From NCBI GenBank assembly GCA_051531975.1, contig JAOPTT010000006.1, positions 462,977-526,976 of the forward strand: 64,000 nucleotides of DNA. The letters run 5' to 3'. The stretch is from Spirochaetaceae bacterium. Lineage in GTDB: Bacteria > Spirochaetota > Spirochaetia > DSM-2461. Below, one piece after another: positions 18,448 to 28,997 of this stretch (its first letter is position 1; each line of letters begins with the position of its first letter). The position numbers and the translations under genes were made by a program. The notes below the pieces were generated by a model. That model was not told where the DNA came from, did no database searches, and worked only from the letters and a program-made list of their open reading frames with translations.

Positions 18448-20432
18448 TTTCCATCCTTTAACTTCTGTATTTCATCCCGCAGTGTTGCTGCTTCTTCAAA
18501 CTCCATACGTTTAGCATGTTCCATCATCTCATTTTCTAATGCTTTAATTAATCGCTTTTTCTGTTTTGGATCTAGTAAATTAGTGGAATCTTTAAGAACC
18601 TTAATATTAGCTTTTTCAGCTTCAGTTCTTTTATCAATTTCTCTTTCTAATATATCTTTTATTGCTTTTTTAATTGTTGTAGGAGTTATACCATGTTTTT
18701 TGTTATATTTATCTTGAATTTCTCTTCTACGTTTAGTTTCAGATATAGCTTCTGTCATTGCATTAGATTCTCTATCAGCGTACATTATCACGTAACCTTC
18801 TGAGTTTCTAGCAGCTCTACCTATAGTTTGAACTAGTGCTGTAGTTGATCTCAAAAAACCAATTTTATCAGCATCCATAATAGCGATAAGAGAAACTTCT
18901 GGTAAGTCTAAACCCTCTCTTAAAAGATTTATTCCAACTAGTACATCAAAAGTTCCCTCTCTAAGTTCTTTTAGAATTTCTACTCGTTCAAATGTTTTAA
19001 TATCAGAATGTAAATATTTGACCTTTAGATCTAATGAACAAAGATATTCAGTCATGTCCTCAGCCATTTTTTTTGTTAAAGTAGTAATTAATACTCTTTC
19101 GTTCTTTTTTAATCTGTCATTGATCTCTTTATACAGATCTTCAATTTGACCCTCTGTAGGTCTTATATCAATAATTGGATCTAATAGTCCAGTTGGCCTT
19201 ATTAGTTGTTCTACCACTCTAGATGATAGATTAAGTTCTCTATCAGTAGGTGTTGCTGAAACAAATAATTTTTGTGGTGTTATTTTATCAAACTCAGCAT
19301 ATTGTAAAGGTCTATTATCTAAAGCTGAGGGAAGTCTAAAACCATAATTAACTAAATTGGTTTTTCTTGACTTATCGCCTTCATACATTGCTCCAATTTG
19401 TGAAATTGTAACGTGAGATTCATCAATCATTGTTAAAAAATCACCATTAAAATAGTCTATTAAAACTGCTGGACGTTCTCCAGCTGGTCGATTTGATAAT
19501 ATTCGTGAATAATTTTCAATACCAGAACAGTATCCCATCTCTCTCATCATATCTATATCATAATTAGTTCTAGTTTCTAATCTTTGAGCTTCAACTAATT
19601 TATTCTGTGCCTCAAACTCTGCTACTTGTTTTTTCTTCTCAGCTTCAATTACATCTAATGCACTTAATACTTCATGTTCTTCTAAAACAAAATGCTTAGC
19701 TGGATATATTTCACATGAATCAATATCGTCTAATACTTTTCCAGTTAAAGGGTGTATTTTTTTAATAGAAGAAACTTCATCCCAATCATATTCAATTCGA
19801 TATGCGACGTCTTTTAAATATGCAGGATATATTTCTAAAACATCACCTTTAATCCTAAAAGACCCTCTATCTGGAGTATAATTATTTCGATCATATTGTA
19901 ACGTAATTAATTGCCTAGCATAGTCATCTATATTTTTGGGGTTATCTTTTGATACTTGTAATCTCATATCAAAAAAAGCTTTAGGATTTCCTAAACCATA
20001 AATACAAGAAACTGTAGCTATAACGATCACATCTCTTCTCTCCATTAGGGATGCTGCTGTTGATAATCTTAGTCTATCAACTTCATCATTAATTGAGGAA
20101 TCTTTTTCTATATATAGATCTTTTGAAGGAACATATGCTTCAGGCTGATAATAGTCATAATAAGAAACAAAATATTCAACAGCATTTTCTGGGAAAAATT
20201 CTGAAAATTCTCTATATAATTGTGCTGCTAAAGTTTTGTTATGAGATATTATAAGTGTTGGTTTTTGGATTCTTTCAATTATTTTGGCCATACTGAATGT
20301 TTTTCCAGATCCAGTAACTCCTTTTAAAGTAAGATACTTTTCTCCATTTTCTAGCCCTTCTGATAACTGTTCTATTGCATTTCCTTGGTCTCCTGATGGA
20401 GAAAAAGGAGATACGACTTTGAATTTTGCCAT
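18444..20432 (-). CDS. uvrB: Excinuclease ABC subunit B
   Basis: GVTGSGKT, HNKTLAAQLY, FVSYYDYYQPEAY, LREGLDLPEV, QTIGRAARN, C-terminal UVR domain. Confidence 0.99.
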   Translation of the reverse strand: MAKFKVVSPFSPSGDQGNAIEQLSEGLENGEKYLTLKGVTGSGKTFSMAKIIERIQKPTLIISHNKTLAAQLYREFSEFFPENAVEYFVSYYDYYQPEAYVPSKDLYIEKDSSINDEVDRLRLSTAASLMERRDVIVIATVSCIYGLGNPKAFFDMRLQVSKDNPKNIDDYARQLITLQYDRNNYTPDRGSFRIKGDVLEIYPAYLKDVAYRIEYDWDEVSSIKKIHPLTGKVLDDIDSCEIYPAKHFVLEEHEVLSALDVIEAEKKKQVAEFEAQNKLVEAQRLETRTNYDIDMMREMGYCSGIENYSRILSNRPAGERPAVLIDYFNGDFLTMIDESHVTISQIGAMYEGDKSRKTNLVNYGFRLPSALDNRPLQYAEFDKITPQKLFVSATPTDRELNLSSRVVEQLIRPTGLLDPIIDIRPTEGQIEDLYKEINDRLKKNERVLITTLTKKMAEDMTEYLCSLDLKVKYLHSDIKTFERVEILKELREGTFDVLVGINLLREGLDLPEVSLIAIMDADKIGFLRSTTALVQTIGRAARNSEGYVIMYADRESNAMTEAISETKRRREIQDKYNKKHGITPTTIKKAIKDILEREIDKRTEAEKANIKVLKDSTNLLDPKQKKRLIKALENEMMEHAKRMEFEEAATLRDEIQKLKDGK

Positions 20433-21641
20433 TTACTTCTTCCGTGATGATAATTTAATCTTTGTACGTATCAGTTTGTTACCTCTGATATATTCAAGAT
20501 TAACAGATTCTCCCGGTTTTGTATCCTCTAAAGCAGTAAATAAATCTGAAATAGTTTCAAGTTTATAGTCATTTATTGAAACAATAATGTCTCCACCTAA
20601 ATATTTTACACTATTTTGGTATCTAATTGCATTATTTTTATTTCCGCCCTTTAAACCTACTTTTTTTGCATTTCCACCATTAGTAACTGATGAGACTAAA
20701 ATACCTTTTGTTGTCTTTAAATTTGAATATCTTACTAGAGCTGGTGTTAATTGAATTGGATCTATATCAATCCAGCCTCTTCTAACTTCTCCAAATGTTA
20801 TTATTTCGCTAACAGAACGTTTTGCCGTATCTATTGGTAATGCAAATCCAATACCATCGGAACCACCACTTTTAGAATAGATCATAGTATTTACACCGAT
20901 CATTTTACCCGTAGAGTCGATAAGTGGACCACCAGAGTTTCCAGGATTGATTGAAGCGTCTGTTTGAATCATATCTTGCATTAAAAATCCAGATCCATTA
21001 TTTAATGGTCTACCTGTACCAGATATAACACCTGTAGTAAGTGTTCTATCAAAACCAAAAGGATTTCCTATAGCTAATACTTTCTGACCAATTCCGAGAT
21101 CATCGGATATTCCAAATGGAATTGTTGTTAGATCTTTTCCTTCTGGCTTAATTTTGATAACAGTTAAATCATTTTCAATATCAGTCCCAACGACCATTCC
21201 TTCATATTCTGTCCCGTCATATAATGTTACAAAAACTTTATATACATTTTCTACAATATGATGATTAGTTAAAATATATCCATCATTATTTATAATTGTA
21301 CCAGAACCTGTCCCACTATCTTTAGGAACAACTTCAAACATCCAATTATAGGATAATGTTTTTGTAGTAATATTAACTACAGCTCTGTTTACCCTTTTAT
21401 AAATAGCCATAGTATTTAATTCATCTGCAGAAAGCTCACTTTGATGTGCAATTGTTTTTACAGTTCCTTCACGGTCTCTAAAATCAAAATCTGATATAGA
21501 TAACTCATATGTTTCTGGATTTATTGCGGGACTAAATTTTTCTCTATTTTCAATAATCCCAGATAATAGAATTAAAAACAACAAAATTAAAACTGAAACA
21601 ATACAACTTTTAAATATTTTTACTGGTAATATCAAAATCAC
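20433..21641 (-). CDS. HtrA/DegP-like serine protease with one PDZ domain
   Basis: TNHH, DLTVIK, TDASINPGNSGGPL triad motifs; N-terminal TM segment. Confidence 0.95.
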   Translation of the reverse strand: MILILPVKIFKSCIVSVLILLFLILLSGIIENREKFSPAINPETYELSISDFDFRDREGTVKTIAHQSELSADELNTMAIYKRVNRAVVNITTKTLSYNWMFEVVPKDSGTGSGTIINNDGYILTNHHIVENVYKVFVTLYDGTEYEGMVVGTDIENDLTVIKIKPEGKDLTTIPFGISDDLGIGQKVLAIGNPFGFDRTLTTGVISGTGRPLNNGSGFLMQDMIQTDASINPGNSGGPLIDSTGKMIGVNTMIYSKSGGSDGIGFALPIDTAKRSVSEIITFGEVRRGWIDIDPIQLTPALVRYSNLKTTKGILVSSVTNGGNAKKVGLKGGNKNNAIRYQNSVKYLGGDIIVSINDYKLETISDLFTALEDTKPGESVNLEYIRGNKLIRTKIKLSSRKK

Positions 21642-21683
21642 TCCTAAGATAGAATAATAGTTTTACATATGTTAAATTAAAGT

Positions 21684-23195
21684 ATGGAAATTCTATTAAC
21701 AACGCTTAATGCTCGTTACTCTCATACTTCAATAGCTCTAAGATATTTATATGCAAACTTAAATGAGTTAAAAGAGATAACTCAGATAAAAGAGTTCACA
21801 ATCAACGATAATATCCACGAAATAGCGGAGAAAATCCTTAGATCAACACCTTCTATAATAGGTATCGGCGTATATATATGGAATTCATTAGAAGTTTATA
21901 AATTAATTACTATAATAAAACAGATATCACCTAAAACTATAATCATACTAGGTGGACCAGAAGTAAGTTATACACCACACAGAGTAGACTTTACAGCTGC
22001 AGATTATATTATTGAGGGTGAAGGTGAGGTTAGTTTATATAATTTACTAAAAGATATATTAAGCGGTATATCCCATGAAAAAACAACTATTAAAGGTATT
22101 TCTCCATCGTTAGAGTCTTTACAATTGCCATATAAATATTACACAGACAGTGATATAAAAAACAGAGTGATTTATGTTGAAGCTTCTAGAGGGTGTCCAT
22201 TTACCTGTGAATTCTGTTTAAGTTCAATAGATAAAATTGTTAGAAATTTTAATATAGAGTTATTATTAGTTGAATTTCAAAATCTTTGGGATAGAGGTGC
22301 TCGTAATTTTAAATTTATTGATAGAACATTTAATTTAAATGTAAATAAAACAATTTTAATCTTGGATTTTTTCTTAAATAAAGTTGAAGATTATTCATTA
22401 CATTTTGAAGTTATTCCAGAATACTTTCCTACAGAATTAAGAACAAAGATAGCAAGTTTTAAACCTGGGACGATACAATTAGAAGTTGGTATTCAGACAT
22501 TAAATCCTGAGATTGCAAATAGAATTAATAGAAATATGAATTTTAAAAAAATCAGTGAGAATCTACAATTTCTACAAAACAGTACAAATAGCCATCTTCA
22601 TGTAGATCTAATTATTGGCTTACCAGGTGAAACTATAAAAAGCTTTGCTGATAATTTAAACAAACTTGGATCTTTAACCAATTGTGAAATTCAACTTGGA
22701 GTATTAAAAAAACTTTCAGGAACTACTATTGATAGACACGATACAAAATTTGGGATGACATATCAAAAACAACCACCTTATGAAATCTTAGAAAATGATC
22801 TTATTCCATTTTTTGAGATGCAAGAATTAAAACGTTTTGCTAGATATTGGGATATTGTATATAACAGTGGTAATTTCAAATTGACAGTTAATTTAATATG
22901 GCCAGATGGGGATATATTTACTGGATTCTCAGAATTCACAAAGTGGTTATACAAAACTAGTGAAACAACCTATCAAATAAGTCTAAATAGGATATCTGAA
23001 TATATTTTTACATTTTTAACTGAAATAAAAAATTATGATAAAATTGTTGTTGCTGACTCAATAGTATTAGATATTAGCAAAATAAGCGGTAGAAAGTTAC
23101 CATCCTTTTTGAGAGAACATGCTTCGTTTATACCAAAAACAAAAATAAAATCAGCTACTAATATTGGTAAAAGGCAAAAGAGACATATAGACTAA
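21684..23195 (+). CDS. B12-binding radical SAM protein (DUF4080-type C-terminus likely)
   Basis: LGGPEVS, GEGE, SRGCPFTCEFCLS, DLIIGLPGE. Confidence 0.9.
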   Translation: MEILLTTLNARYSHTSIALRYLYANLNELKEITQIKEFTINDNIHEIAEKILRSTPSIIGIGVYIWNSLEVYKLITIIKQISPKTIIILGGPEVSYTPHRVDFTAADYIIEGEGEVSLYNLLKDILSGISHEKTTIKGISPSLESLQLPYKYYTDSDIKNRVIYVEASRGCPFTCEFCLSSIDKIVRNFNIELLLVEFQNLWDRGARNFKFIDRTFNLNVNKTILILDFFLNKVEDYSLHFEVIPEYFPTELRTKIASFKPGTIQLEVGIQTLNPEIANRINRNMNFKKISENLQFLQNSTNSHLHVDLIIGLPGETIKSFADNLNKLGSLTNCEIQLGVLKKLSGTTIDRHDTKFGMTYQKQPPYEILENDLIPFFEMQELKRFARYWDIVYNSGNFKLTVNLIWPDGDIFTGFSEFTKWLYKTSETTYQISLNRISEYIFTFLTEIKNYDKIVVADSIVLDISKISGRKLPSFLREHASFIPKTKIKSATNIGKRQKRHID

Positions 23196-24571
23196 TCATT
23201 TTTTTTAAGAAATTCATCCTCTAAACCATAATCATGAATTTTTCGATGAAGTGTTTTTCTTCCAATTCCAAGGATTTCTGAAGCCCTACTTTTATTTGAA
23301 TTTTCTGACCTTAAAGTTTCCGATATGATAATTTTTTCTGCTTCAGCCATGGTGGAACCAATCGGTATTGTAATACTGTTATGATCAGACCCGTCTTTTA
23401 TAGTAGCTGGTATATCCTGTAAATAAATAGTATCACCAGAACAAAATACTACAGCACTCTCAATTGTGTTTCTTAGTTCTCTTATATTACCAGGCCACTG
23501 ATACTGTGAAAGCACCCTTAAGGCCTTCTTATCGATTACTGATACTGTTTTGTTATTTTCTTCAGAGAACTCCTTAATGAAGCTATTTACTAATAATGGA
23601 ATATCTTCTTTTCGTTCTCTTAAGGGTGGTATATGTATATTTACAACATTTAATCTATAATATAAGTCTTCTCTAAAATTTCCATTTTTAATCTCTTTAA
23701 GAAGGTCTTTATTTGTAGCAGTGACAACTCTTACATCTATATCGATAGAAGCTTCAGCACCTACCCTTTCAAATGTTCTTTCCTGTAAAACTCTTAACAG
23801 TTTAATTTGTGTAGAAGGATTAATTTCACCAATTTCATCAAGAAATATTGTACCTTTGTGTGCTAATTCGAAACGACCTTTTTTGGTTGTTGTAGCACCT
23901 GTAAATGCTCCCTTCTCATGACCAAAAAGCTCACTTTCTAATAGTGACTCAGAAAGTGCTGCACAATGAACATTAACCAAGGATTCATTTGATCTAGATG
24001 AAAGACTATGTAATGCATTTGCTACAACTTCTTTTCCGACACCACTCTCTCCAGTAATAATAACTGAAGCTTTACTATCTGCAACTTGGTTGATAAGTTC
24101 TACAAGCTTGATCATTGCGGAACTTTTACCTATAAACTTCGATATTTTAGTTTTGTTTTCTAACTTTTTAACTTCTTTCTGTAGTTCTCTATGTTCGTTA
24201 ACTAATTTTCTTCTATTTAATGCTCTATTAACTAAAAGTGTAAGATGATCCAAATTAATTGGTTTTGTTATAAAGTCATATGCCCCGTCTCTCATTGCAA
24301 CAACTGCATTTTCTACAGTTCCATGACCAGTTAAAATAATAACTGGTATGGTGGGATATTTATTTGAAATCTTTTTAAGTAGTTCAGAGCCGGACATTTT
24401 AGGCATTTTAAGATCTGATATAACTAGATCTATATTAGTTTTTGTTAAAAGATTAAGAGCACTTTCTCCATCTTCAGCTATATATGTATTAAACCCATCA
24501 ATCTCTAATGATGTTGAGAGACCTTCTCTAATATTTTTTTCATCATCAACTATTAGTATATTAAAACTCAT
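23192..24571 (-). CDS. Sigma54-dependent NtrC-family response regulator (Rrp2-like)
   Basis: REC domain, GESGVGKE, GAFTGA, FLDEIGE, WPGNIREL, Fis-type HTH. Confidence 0.95.
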   Translation of the reverse strand: MSFNILIVDDEKNIREGLSTSLEIDGFNTYIAEDGESALNLLTKTNIDLVISDLKMPKMSGSELLKKISNKYPTIPVIILTGHGTVENAVVAMRDGAYDFITKPINLDHLTLLVNRALNRRKLVNEHRELQKEVKKLENKTKISKFIGKSSAMIKLVELINQVADSKASVIITGESGVGKEVVANALHSLSSRSNESLVNVHCAALSESLLESELFGHEKGAFTGATTTKKGRFELAHKGTIFLDEIGEINPSTQIKLLRVLQERTFERVGAEASIDIDVRVVTATNKDLLKEIKNGNFREDLYYRLNVVNIHIPPLRERKEDIPLLVNSFIKEFSEENNKTVSVIDKKALRVLSQYQWPGNIRELRNTIESAVVFCSGDTIYLQDIPATIKDGSDHNSITIPIGSTMAEAEKIIISETLRSENSNKSRASEILGIGRKTLHRKIHDYGLEDEFLKKND

Positions 24572-24580
24572 ACCTACACC

Positions 24581-25732
24581 TTAATTTAGAAGTAATTTTT
24601 CTTTATCAATGATACCTGGAAAAAGGAAATTAAATATTGTACCTTCGTCTTTTTTAGAAGTAACAGTGATATCACCTTTATGCTCTTTTATTATTTTGTA
24701 AACTAAAGTTAATCCTAAACCAGATCCAGTATCTTTTGTAGTAAAATGTGGTTCGAATATTTTATCCTGTATCTCTTGACTCATGCCATGTCCTGAATCA
24801 CATATTGAGACTAGTACCATGCTATTTTTCTCTTCGGTTTTAATTCTTAAAATTCCACCACCTAACATAGCCTGAATTGCATTTTTAATTATATTTAAAA
24901 AAGCTTGTTTGATAAATTTTGAATCCATATAGATTTGTGGAATATCATTATTCAGTTCTAATTCAACTTTTATATTGGATTCTTCTAGTTCGTACTTTGT
25001 AAAATCTATTAGTTCGTTTATAACACTATTAATATTATTTTCAGAAAGTTCTACATCCATCGGTCTTACTGCAAACAGGTAATCGACAACTATACTATTT
25101 AATCTTTCAACTTCATCACTAATTATGCTTAGATATTTTTTAAAATTATCTTTATTAAAATCATTTTTATTTAATAATTTTTCCATAATCTGAATGTGAA
25201 TACTCATAGATCCTAAAGGGTTTTTGATTTCATGGGCAACACCAGCTGCCATAGTAGTTAATGATGCTAAACTCTCTGCCCTTTTAAGTTTTATCTCTTT
25301 CTCTTTGATCTCGGTTACATCGTCAACTATAAGAACATTCCCATAAATTTTACCTTTACTAGCTAAAGGAACAATGGATACAGATAATATTAATGCTGCA
25401 AGACTTTTATCTAATATAAATATTTTATCATGAACTGTATTATGTTCGTATAAGTTTTCTTTTACAAAATGATATAGATCATCATTATCAATAATAGACC
25501 ACACTAGAAGCTCGGAATGATCCCCATGCCTTAGAGGTAGAAGTCTATCAATAGCTTTATTAGAATAAACTACACGATCTTCCTGATCTGATACAAGTAT
25601 ACCTTGTGTTAACGAACCCATTACCATTTCATTTAATATAAGTTCATCTTTTAAAGATGTTAAAAAAGACTCTAATTGACTTTTATTCATCTTAGGAATT
25701 CTATTAATAGCTCTTTCTAGAAACTTACGCAT
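24581..25732 (-). CDS. Cytoplasmic PAS histidine kinase (Hk2-like)
   Basis: AHEIKNPL, NIIKNAIQA, DSGHG, GSGLGL; PAS-like N-terminal region; no TM segment. Confidence 0.93.
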   Translation of the reverse strand: MRKFLERAINRIPKMNKSQLESFLTSLKDELILNEMVMGSLTQGILVSDQEDRVVYSNKAIDRLLPLRHGDHSELLVWSIIDNDDLYHFVKENLYEHNTVHDKIFILDKSLAALILSVSIVPLASKGKIYGNVLIVDDVTEIKEKEIKLKRAESLASLTTMAAGVAHEIKNPLGSMSIHIQIMEKLLNKNDFNKDNFKKYLSIISDEVERLNSIVVDYLFAVRPMDVELSENNINSVINELIDFTKYELEESNIKVELELNNDIPQIYMDSKFIKQAFLNIIKNAIQAMLGGGILRIKTEEKNSMVLVSICDSGHGMSQEIQDKIFEPHFTTKDTGSGLGLTLVYKIIKEHKGDITVTSKKDEGTIFNFLFPGIIDKEKLLLN

Positions 25733-26906
25733 TAAATATACCTTTTATTTCATAAAAAAGTGTTTCTAATAATAACATTGGACTCTGATTAAAATGTACC
25801 TGTTTAATAATTTTATCTTTAATATACTTATTAATTGATTCTAATTGACTGAGTGATAATCTTTGTTGATTTTCAGTATAAAAGATATCTCTTAACTTAT
25901 TAGTAAAAACTTCTAAAAATTTATTGAAATATTCTGTTTCTATTTTCGTTTCCAAAGCATCATTAAAAGATGATTTATCATCAAAACTACTATTTAAATA
26001 TGTCTCGACCATAATATTAAAACTATCACCACTATAATTAGAGAATGAGAAAAAATAATCCTTTATTGTTAAACTAATATTATCATGCTTAAACAGTTTA
26101 TTTAAAATTAATGTCTGCTCTTCAATGTTTCTTTCTCTAAATCCATATGCTCTAACCCTTGATAAAATCGTAGGAAGAACAGTACTTTTTTTCTCGGATA
26201 TTAGAATAAAATATGTATCTGCTGGTGGCTCTTCTAAAATCTTTAGTAGAGCATTTCTAGAACTATCTAACATCAATTCAGCTCTTTCTAATATAACTAC
26301 TTTTTTACTACCATTTGCACTTCTTCTGACCCAACTTGATAATTTACGAATTTGGCTAATAGGTATATTCCCTTTGGGTAATTCATTAGATAATTTTTGA
26401 CATTCAGCTGTTATTTTTTTTATACTACTTATTAGTTTTTTTTCTGTAGGTAGTTTTTGAGTAGGATCAACTAAGTATATAACTTCTTCAATTTTATTTA
26501 ATGCTGTTATGGCTTTTTTATATTTATTATCTTCTCGATCCCATAAATCTTCATTAAATCGTTTAATTAATTTCCTGACATTTCTTGTAAACATGAATTG
26601 TGATGATATACTTTGTTCCTTTATTAGAAATTCACCTGATTGAGATATTTCTTGCATAGAATATCTAGAACCAGTTAATAAAGTATATGGATGTTGAAGT
26701 GTTAAGTTTTGATTACAACTTTTACATTTACAACCCCATGTTCCGTCAAATTCACAGTTTAAAACTCTAGCTAGTTCTAAAGCGGCTGTTAATTTACCTG
26801 AAAATTCATCACCGTAAAAAAGTAAAGATTGAGGAAGAGTTTTTGCATTAATTTCATTAGTCAAAGTTGAAACTATTTGTTGTTGAAATAGAAGATTTTC
26901 AAACAC
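25725..26906 (-). CDS. DNA polymerase III delta-prime-like clamp loader subunit
   Basis: Degenerate Walker A GDEFSGK, Cys cluster, NALLKILEEPP, LPTILSR. GTG start. Confidence 0.85.
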   Translation of the reverse strand: MFENLLFQQQIVSTLTNEINAKTLPQSLLFYGDEFSGKLTAALELARVLNCEFDGTWGCKCKSCNQNLTLQHPYTLLTGSRYSMQEISQSGEFLIKEQSISSQFMFTRNVRKLIKRFNEDLWDREDNKYKKAITALNKIEEVIYLVDPTQKLPTEKKLISSIKKITAECQKLSNELPKGNIPISQIRKLSSWVRRSANGSKKVVILERAELMLDSSRNALLKILEEPPADTYFILISEKKSTVLPTILSRVRAYGFRERNIEEQTLILNKLFKHDNISLTIKDYFFSFSNYSGDSFNIMVETYLNSSFDDKSSFNDALETKIETEYFNKFLEVFTNKLRDIFYTENQQRLSLSQLESINKYIKDKIIKQVHFNQSPMLLLETLFYEIKGIFNA

Positions 26907-27514
26907 TATTTTTTATCCGAACCTATTTTATCTAATATCTCTTTTGCAGTGGGTATTTTATTATCTAATACATCTTCAATTTCATCTTTTATTTTATCTG
27001 CATCAGGAACATCAATATCAAATTCATTTAAATATTCTTCTGCTTCTGGAATAATTTTTTCTAATCTAGGTAATACTTCAACTATTTTTGAACCAATTAT
27101 ACTATCTTCAAATATAGGTTCAGGATCAAAGAGCGGTTGAACAGTTAATAAGTATGTAATACCTATACAAATTATTAAACCTTGAATTAATCCAAAACTA
27201 AATCCTAAAATTTTATCTAATCCTTCTGTACCAAGTTGTTCTAAACTATCTTTTAAAAGTTTATTTATAATAACTGAAAACAGGATTATTCCTACAAATA
27301 TTAGAATAAAGGCTAATAAAACATTCCAATCATGTTTACCTATAAACTCAGAAAGTTTTACTGCTAATTTATCACTTTGAGAGTACGCAACAAAAAGTCC
27401 TAAAATAACACCCAAAATAGTAACTACCTGGGAAAAGAACCCTTTTTTTAGACCTGTAAATCCTACAACCAACATTATAACAATAAATATAATATCAATA
27501 ATTTGAAAACTCAT
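26906..27514 (-). CDS. cvpA: CvpA family membrane protein
   Basis: IDIIF...GLKKGF...LDKILGFSFGLIQG. Confidence 0.9.
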   Translation of the reverse strand: MSFQIIDIIFIVIMLVVGFTGLKKGFFSQVVTILGVILGLFVAYSQSDKLAVKLSEFIGKHDWNVLLAFILIFVGIILFSVIINKLLKDSLEQLGTEGLDKILGFSFGLIQGLIICIGITYLLTVQPLFDPEPIFEDSIIGSKIVEVLPRLEKIIPEAEEYLNEFDIDVPDADKIKDEIEDVLDNKIPTAKEILDKIGSDKK

Positions 27515-28578
27515 AAAAACTCCTTAATAATGTTACAGATTACTTCTGCACAATTTTTCTTCTCTATTTTAGAAATATTAAACTCAATTTCTTTTCTATT
27601 TATAGAAAAATAGTCATCAATGGTTTTTATTAATTCATTTTTGTTAACTTGCTCATCTTTTAGAACTAACGCTAAACCTTGTTTCTTAAAATAATTTGCA
27701 TTTAATACTTGATCACCTCTACTCCCACCTGTTAGTGGAATAAACAGTGAGGGTGTACCAACAGTTATAGATTCCCAAATTGCACTTGCTCCCGATCTAC
27801 TTATAATAAGATCGGCAGCTTTTATTATATCTGCCATAGAATTGTTTATAAAGGATACCGTTTTATAACTTTCTTCATCTATTTCTAAATAATTTTTATC
27901 CCCCATCTGATGATAAATATTATATTTGTCTTTTAATTCTGATGCACAATCCAATATGACGTCATTAATCTCTTTTGCACCTAAACTTCCTCCAAGGATT
28001 AAAATGATAGGTTTATTTGTAGAGAAATCCATAATATCTAAGCCATTTTGTTTGTTTGTATTAAAAAAATCTTCTCTAACTGGATTTCCTGTTACAATAA
28101 TTTTATCATGTAATGATTTGTTAAAATAATCTTTTGTCTCAACATATGGAATAAATATTTTATTTACAAACTTTGAATTGATTTTTGTAGCAAGTCCAGG
28201 TGAGAAATCTGACTCATGTGTAACGGATTTTATTTTTAATAAACGTCCAACTATTATTGGAGGTACACTAACATAACCACCTTTAGAAAATATAAAATCA
28301 GGTTTAGCTGATAAAAGAATAAAAAATGATTTAATAAAACCTGCAAATATTTTAAATATATCGATGAAGTTTAACAGCGAAAAATACCTTCTAAGTTTAC
28401 CACAAGGTATCGAGTAAAATTTTATTTGTTTATCACTTATTATTTTATATTCAATTCCTTTTTTAGAACCAATCCAAGAAACTTTATAACCATCTTCTAT
28501 TAATGAATCTATAATGGATAATACCGGGTAAACATGACCACCAGTACCACCACCAGTAAATATTATGTGTTTTTTCAT
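27511..28578 (-). CDS. murG: Lipid II N-acetylglucosaminyltransferase MurG
   Basis: TGGGTGGHVYP, KGGYVS, TGNPVR, GGSLGA, DQVLNA. Confidence 0.97.
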   Translation of the reverse strand: MKKHIIFTGGGTGGHVYPVLSIIDSLIEDGYKVSWIGSKKGIEYKIISDKQIKFYSIPCGKLRRYFSLLNFIDIFKIFAGFIKSFFILLSAKPDFIFSKGGYVSVPPIIVGRLLKIKSVTHESDFSPGLATKINSKFVNKIFIPYVETKDYFNKSLHDKIIVTGNPVREDFFNTNKQNGLDIMDFSTNKPIILILGGSLGAKEINDVILDCASELKDKYNIYHQMGDKNYLEIDEESYKTVSFINNSMADIIKAADLIISRSGASAIWESITVGTPSLFIPLTGGSRGDQVLNANYFKKQGLALVLKDEQVNKNELIKTIDDYFSINRKEIEFNISKIEKKNCAEVICNIIKEFL

Positions 28579-28623
28579 GATTATAGATTATCATTATTGT
28601 GTGTCAAAATGCAACATTTATAA

Positions 28624-28658
28624 ATAAAAAAGACCATACATTAGTATGGTCTTTTTAT
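28624..28658 (-). terminator. Terminator of the tRNA-Val cluster
   Basis: aaaaagaccatac-atta-gtatggtcttttt inverted repeat immediately 3' of the last tRNA. Confidence 0.85.
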
Positions 28659-28730
28659 GAGCGAAGAGGGACTTGAACCCCCGACATTCTGCTTGTAAGG
28701 CAGACGCTCTCCCAACTGAGCTATTCGCCC
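28658..28730 (-). tRNA. tRNA-Val(TAC), copy 3
   Basis: GGGCGAATAGCTCAGTTGGGAGAGCGTCTGCCTTACAAGCAGAATGTCGGGGGTTCAAGTCCCTCTTCGCTCA folds as a cloverleaf with anticodon TAC; CCA not encoded. Confidence 0.97.
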
Positions 28731-28759
28731 ATCTATTTATAGTCTGATGAAGACTTTAT

Positions 28760-28832
28760 TGAGCGAAGAGGGACTTGAACCCCCGACATTCTGCTTGTAA
28801 GGCAGACGCTCTCCCAACTGAGCTATTCGCCC
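28760..28832 (-). tRNA. tRNA-Val(TAC), copy 2
   Basis: Identical 73-nt copy; 102-bp period. Confidence 0.97.
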
Positions 28833-28861
28833 ATCTGTTTATAGTCCGATGAAGACTTTAT

Positions 28862-28934
28862 TGAGCGAAGAGGGACTTGAACCCCCGACATTCTGCTTGT
28901 AAGGCAGACGCTCTCCCAACTGAGCTATTCGCCC
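28862..28934 (-). tRNA. tRNA-Val(TAC), copy 1
   Basis: Identical 73-nt copy; first in the transcript. Confidence 0.97.
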
Positions 28935-28967
28935 GCTAAGTTACAATACTTGCGACTAACGAAACGT

Positions 28968-28997
28968 AAATTACCATAACTAGGATAAAATGGTCAA
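28968..28997 (-). promoter_or_regulatory. Probable promoter of the tRNA-Val cluster
   Basis: Minus strand TTGACC, 18 nt spacer, TAATTT preceded by TGg. Confidence 0.45.

Noticed and set aside
28658..28934. Repeat-spacer pattern resembling a CRISPR array
   Set aside because: The repeats are 73-nt tRNA-Val genes, the spacers are near-identical, and there are no cas genes.
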